Shown piece after piece: positions 61,567 through 64,000 of a stretch of 64,000 nucleotides of DNA. The notes beneath the pieces are model-generated. The model searched no databases, was not told the DNA's origin, and worked only from the letters and a program-made list of their open reading frames with translations. Each line of letters starts with the position of its first letter. Position 1 is the stretch's first letter. This DNA is from Terriglobia bacterium (GTDB lineage: Bacteria > Acidobacteriota > Terriglobia > 20CM-2-55-15). The stretch is from the NCBI GenBank assembly GCA_965218585.1, contig CBDCLE010000017.1, positions 32,001 through 96,000 of the forward strand, read 5' to 3'. A program made the translations under genes and the position numbers.

Positions 61567-61741
61567 TCTGTTGCTCGAATCATCAGGCGGCCGGCCCAGG
61601 CCCGAATTCTCACTATATCGTTTCTGCTCAATTTGTTCCAGCTAAGAGACATACAGAGCAGGCCTTAGCGTAAGAATTCGGTGTTTCCGAGAACGAACAG
61701 CCTTTCGCTCGGTCGTTCAAACGGTCGTAAGAACCGACCAC

Positions 61742-62443
61742 TCAATCCCCATCCTTCTTCAACGCCTCCATAGCCTGCATCGCCGCCGCCTGTTCGGCGG
61801 CCTTCTTAGTCAAGCCCCGGCCCCGGGCCAGACTCGAATTTCCGACAATGACCTCAACGATAAACAGTTTCTGGTGATCAGGACCCGCGGCTTCGATCAA
61901 CTTGTAGTCGGCTGGCTTTTGGCCACGCGCCTGCAAGCCCTCCTGAAGTGCCGACTTGAAATCCGGAACCTGGTCTGCGGCGTTCTCAACGTCTTCGATT
62001 TGAAGGGTGAAGAATCGAAGAATGACTTCCCTGACCCGATCCAGTCCACCATCGAGATAGATGGCCGCAATGAGCGCTTCAAAGGCGTTTACCAACAGGG
62101 CCTGCTTCCGCCGGCCTCCGGTCTTCTCTTCACCCCTTCCCAGACGCAGATAGTGGCCCAACTGAATCTGCTCGGCACATTGAACGAGGTTCGCCGAACT
62201 CACAAGAAACCCCTTCAACTTGGACATCTGACCCTCGCTCAGATTCGGTTGTGCGCCACACAGAGCTTCGCTTACCAGAAATCCGAGGATCGAGTCACCC
62301 AGAAATTCGAGCCTCTCGTTGTCGTCCAGGGGGCCGAGATTGTTTTCGTGGGCGTATGAGCTGTGGGTCAGAGCCTGTTCGAGTAACTCGCGCCGGGCGA
62401 ACCGGTAGCCCAGCGTCTGCTCTAGTTCATCCAGGTTCTTCAT
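61742..62443 (-). CDS. rnc: Ribonuclease III
   Basis: ALTHSS and NERLEFLGDSIL motifs; dsRBD with KKAAEQAAA. Confidence 0.95.
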   Translation of the reverse strand: MKNLDELEQTLGYRFARRELLEQALTHSSYAHENNLGPLDDNERLEFLGDSILGFLVSEALCGAQPNLSEGQMSKLKGFLVSSANLVQCAEQIQLGHYLRLGRGEEKTGGRRKQALLVNAFEALIAAIYLDGGLDRVREVILRFFTLQIEDVENAADQVPDFKSALQEGLQARGQKPADYKLIEAAGPDHQKLFIVEVIVGNSSLARGRGLTKKAAEQAAAMQAMEALKKDGD

Positions 62444-62466
62444 CGAATCAAAAGACAATGGACCGC

Positions 62467-63981
62467 TCAGAAATCACAGCCGGGACCGAACGCCTGATCG
62501 ACACCCTGGGCAGCAGCTCCCTGGGCTCCCTGAGTGTCGTCACCAACTTCGAGCGCAGACCGGTACTGCTGGACGGCCGCCTCGCGTTCGCACTGAAGAT
62601 CGTAAATCCGTCCGAGATAGATATGAGACCACACGCGCATCGATGGTTCTGCACTCTGACTGTCCAGTGTGCGACTGAAGTACTCACTTGCCAGGAGGGG
62701 GTCTCCTTCCCGGCTGACGATCAGGGCCAGACCGTAAAGCGCCGGTCCATTGGAGGGATCGTACTCGGCCAGCACACGTTCAAAAGCGGATCGAGCGGCG
62801 TCATCTTCTCCGGCATTAAAGGCTTCCTGTGCCTCGCGCAAAACGCCCGGGATCGGATCGACCACGGGCGGTGCGGGCGGCACCTCTGCGGGCCTGATCT
62901 CTTCAACGACGAAAGGAATCGAATAAAACTGTTCCTCGAACCGGGCGATTTCGACGTCGACGTCGACCGAGGCCAGCATGTCGGGAAAGAAATTGCGAAT
63001 ACCGACTTCAGAAGTTTCGTATTCCAAGAGTCGTTCATGAAAAAACGGCACCAGCAGAAGCCCGCTCCGGTAAGCTGTGTCTATGACGGCATCGAGGTCG
63101 GTAACCGGGTCGTCCATGCGCAACTCCACAGCCCGAATCAACGATTCCGCGACCTGTATTTCGAAATCGTCGGCATAATCGGGTCGGACACCGTCGACCG
63201 CACCGATGAGTGACGTCAAGCGCTCTTCCCTCGACAGCTCAACTCTCTCACGAGCCACGATCGGATCCAGTAGCAGGTGCAGGTATGCGTGTCTGACGTC
63301 TTCTACTCGGGGAACGGTGGAGTCGCCCAGCACAATATAGAGATTCTCAGGGTAATTCCGCACGTTGACGCTGTTGATCGGGGCCGCAAGTTCGAGAAAA
63401 ATCACCAGCTGCCTGGGACCGGTCTGACCGAAGGGCCTTCTCACATAAGCGTCGCTCTGGAGAATCGTATCCCGTATCGGAGGTCCCATCTGGTCGAGAG
63501 CCTCATCGTAACTGGGACCGAGCGCAGACCACAATTGGGTGATCCGGGCGGTATCATAGAATTCACGGAGCAGCGGAAGAAACCCTTCAAGTTCACGGGC
63601 GTCGGGCGGAATGAAGTCTTCGTCAAAGGCAAATTCCAGCGTCGGTGGGTCGGTCAGATTCAGGGCGAGCGAAAGGTATTTCGCAAGTTGAGTCTCGTCC
63701 AGATCACCTGCTCTGTGCTGGTCATAAAACTCACGGAGACGACGGACAAGGTCAGGATCCACTGTCCCTACCGCGTCACGCATCTGTTGGCGGACCGGAT
63801 GATACCGTGCGGCCAGTTCAACGTCGAAACCTGCGGCATTCAGAGCGGCGACCACGGAGAAAACCCTGACATCGCGATCAATTACGGCGGTAACACCCTG
63901 CGCATGGGCGGCAGCGCTGCCAAGCCCCAGGCATAGGCAAACTACTAACCCAAGCTGTTTACGCAACATGCAAAGCATCAT
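62467..63981 (-). CDS. Secreted protein with a degenerate zincin-like motif and C-terminal TPRs
   Basis: Signal peptide, HAYLH motif, Pro-rich linker and TPR repeats; start uncertain. Confidence 0.6.
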   Translation of the reverse strand: MMLCMLRKQLGLVVCLCLGLGSAAAHAQGVTAVIDRDVRVFSVVAALNAAGFDVELAARYHPVRQQMRDAVGTVDPDLVRRLREFYDQHRAGDLDETQLAKYLSLALNLTDPPTLEFAFDEDFIPPDARELEGFLPLLREFYDTARITQLWSALGPSYDEALDQMGPPIRDTILQSDAYVRRPFGQTGPRQLVIFLELAAPINSVNVRNYPENLYIVLGDSTVPRVEDVRHAYLHLLLDPIVARERVELSREERLTSLIGAVDGVRPDYADDFEIQVAESLIRAVELRMDDPVTDLDAVIDTAYRSGLLLVPFFHERLLEYETSEVGIRNFFPDMLASVDVDVEIARFEEQFYSIPFVVEEIRPAEVPPAPPVVDPIPGVLREAQEAFNAGEDDAARSAFERVLAEYDPSNGPALYGLALIVSREGDPLLASEYFSRTLDSQSAEPSMRVWSHIYLGRIYDLQCEREAAVQQYRSALEVGDDTQGAQGAAAQGVDQAFGPGCDF

Positions 63982-64000
63982 AGCATGTGGGGGGCATGAA

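Noticed and set aside
1-64000. tRNA, rRNA, CRISPR arrays and recognisable riboswitches
   Set aside because: I found no cloverleaf with a T-loop outside coding DNA, no rRNA-like tract and no regularly spaced repeat-spacer array by eye. A covariance-model search was not run.

Overview
GC-rich bacterial chromosome segment, probably from an Acidobacteriota-like diderm (inferred from gene families and gene order, not tested). Most of it is intact housekeeping DNA: egtB-egtD, an Opp-type ABC importer, coaX-birA-nadC-valS, a RomR-like regulator, bamD-rpe-PASTA, fmt-def-aroC, mlaEFD, greA, a Lol-like/ABC cluster, glnA-glnB, two MdlAB-like ABC exporters, hpt, suhB, uvrB, lepB and rnc. Against this background, 31.8-49.8 kb shows concentrated gene damage. 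glnE is split by an exact 8-bp tandem duplication. glnD has lost its N-terminal uridylyltransferase region and is fused in frame to the remnant of an O-antigen-ligase-like gene. A methyltransferase/B12-radical-SAM cluster carries a deletion and frameshifts. A secreted repeat protein has an internal deletion. An ECF sigma factor is interrupted by a complete IS256 element (26-bp IRs, 8-bp TSD GGATGAGG) and also has a frameshift in a G-run. Intergenic spaces hold several small palindromic or MITE-like elements, including three built from ~8-nt repeats in inverted orientation. I saw no rRNA, tRNA or CRISPR array. All assignments come from motifs read by eye; no searches were run.
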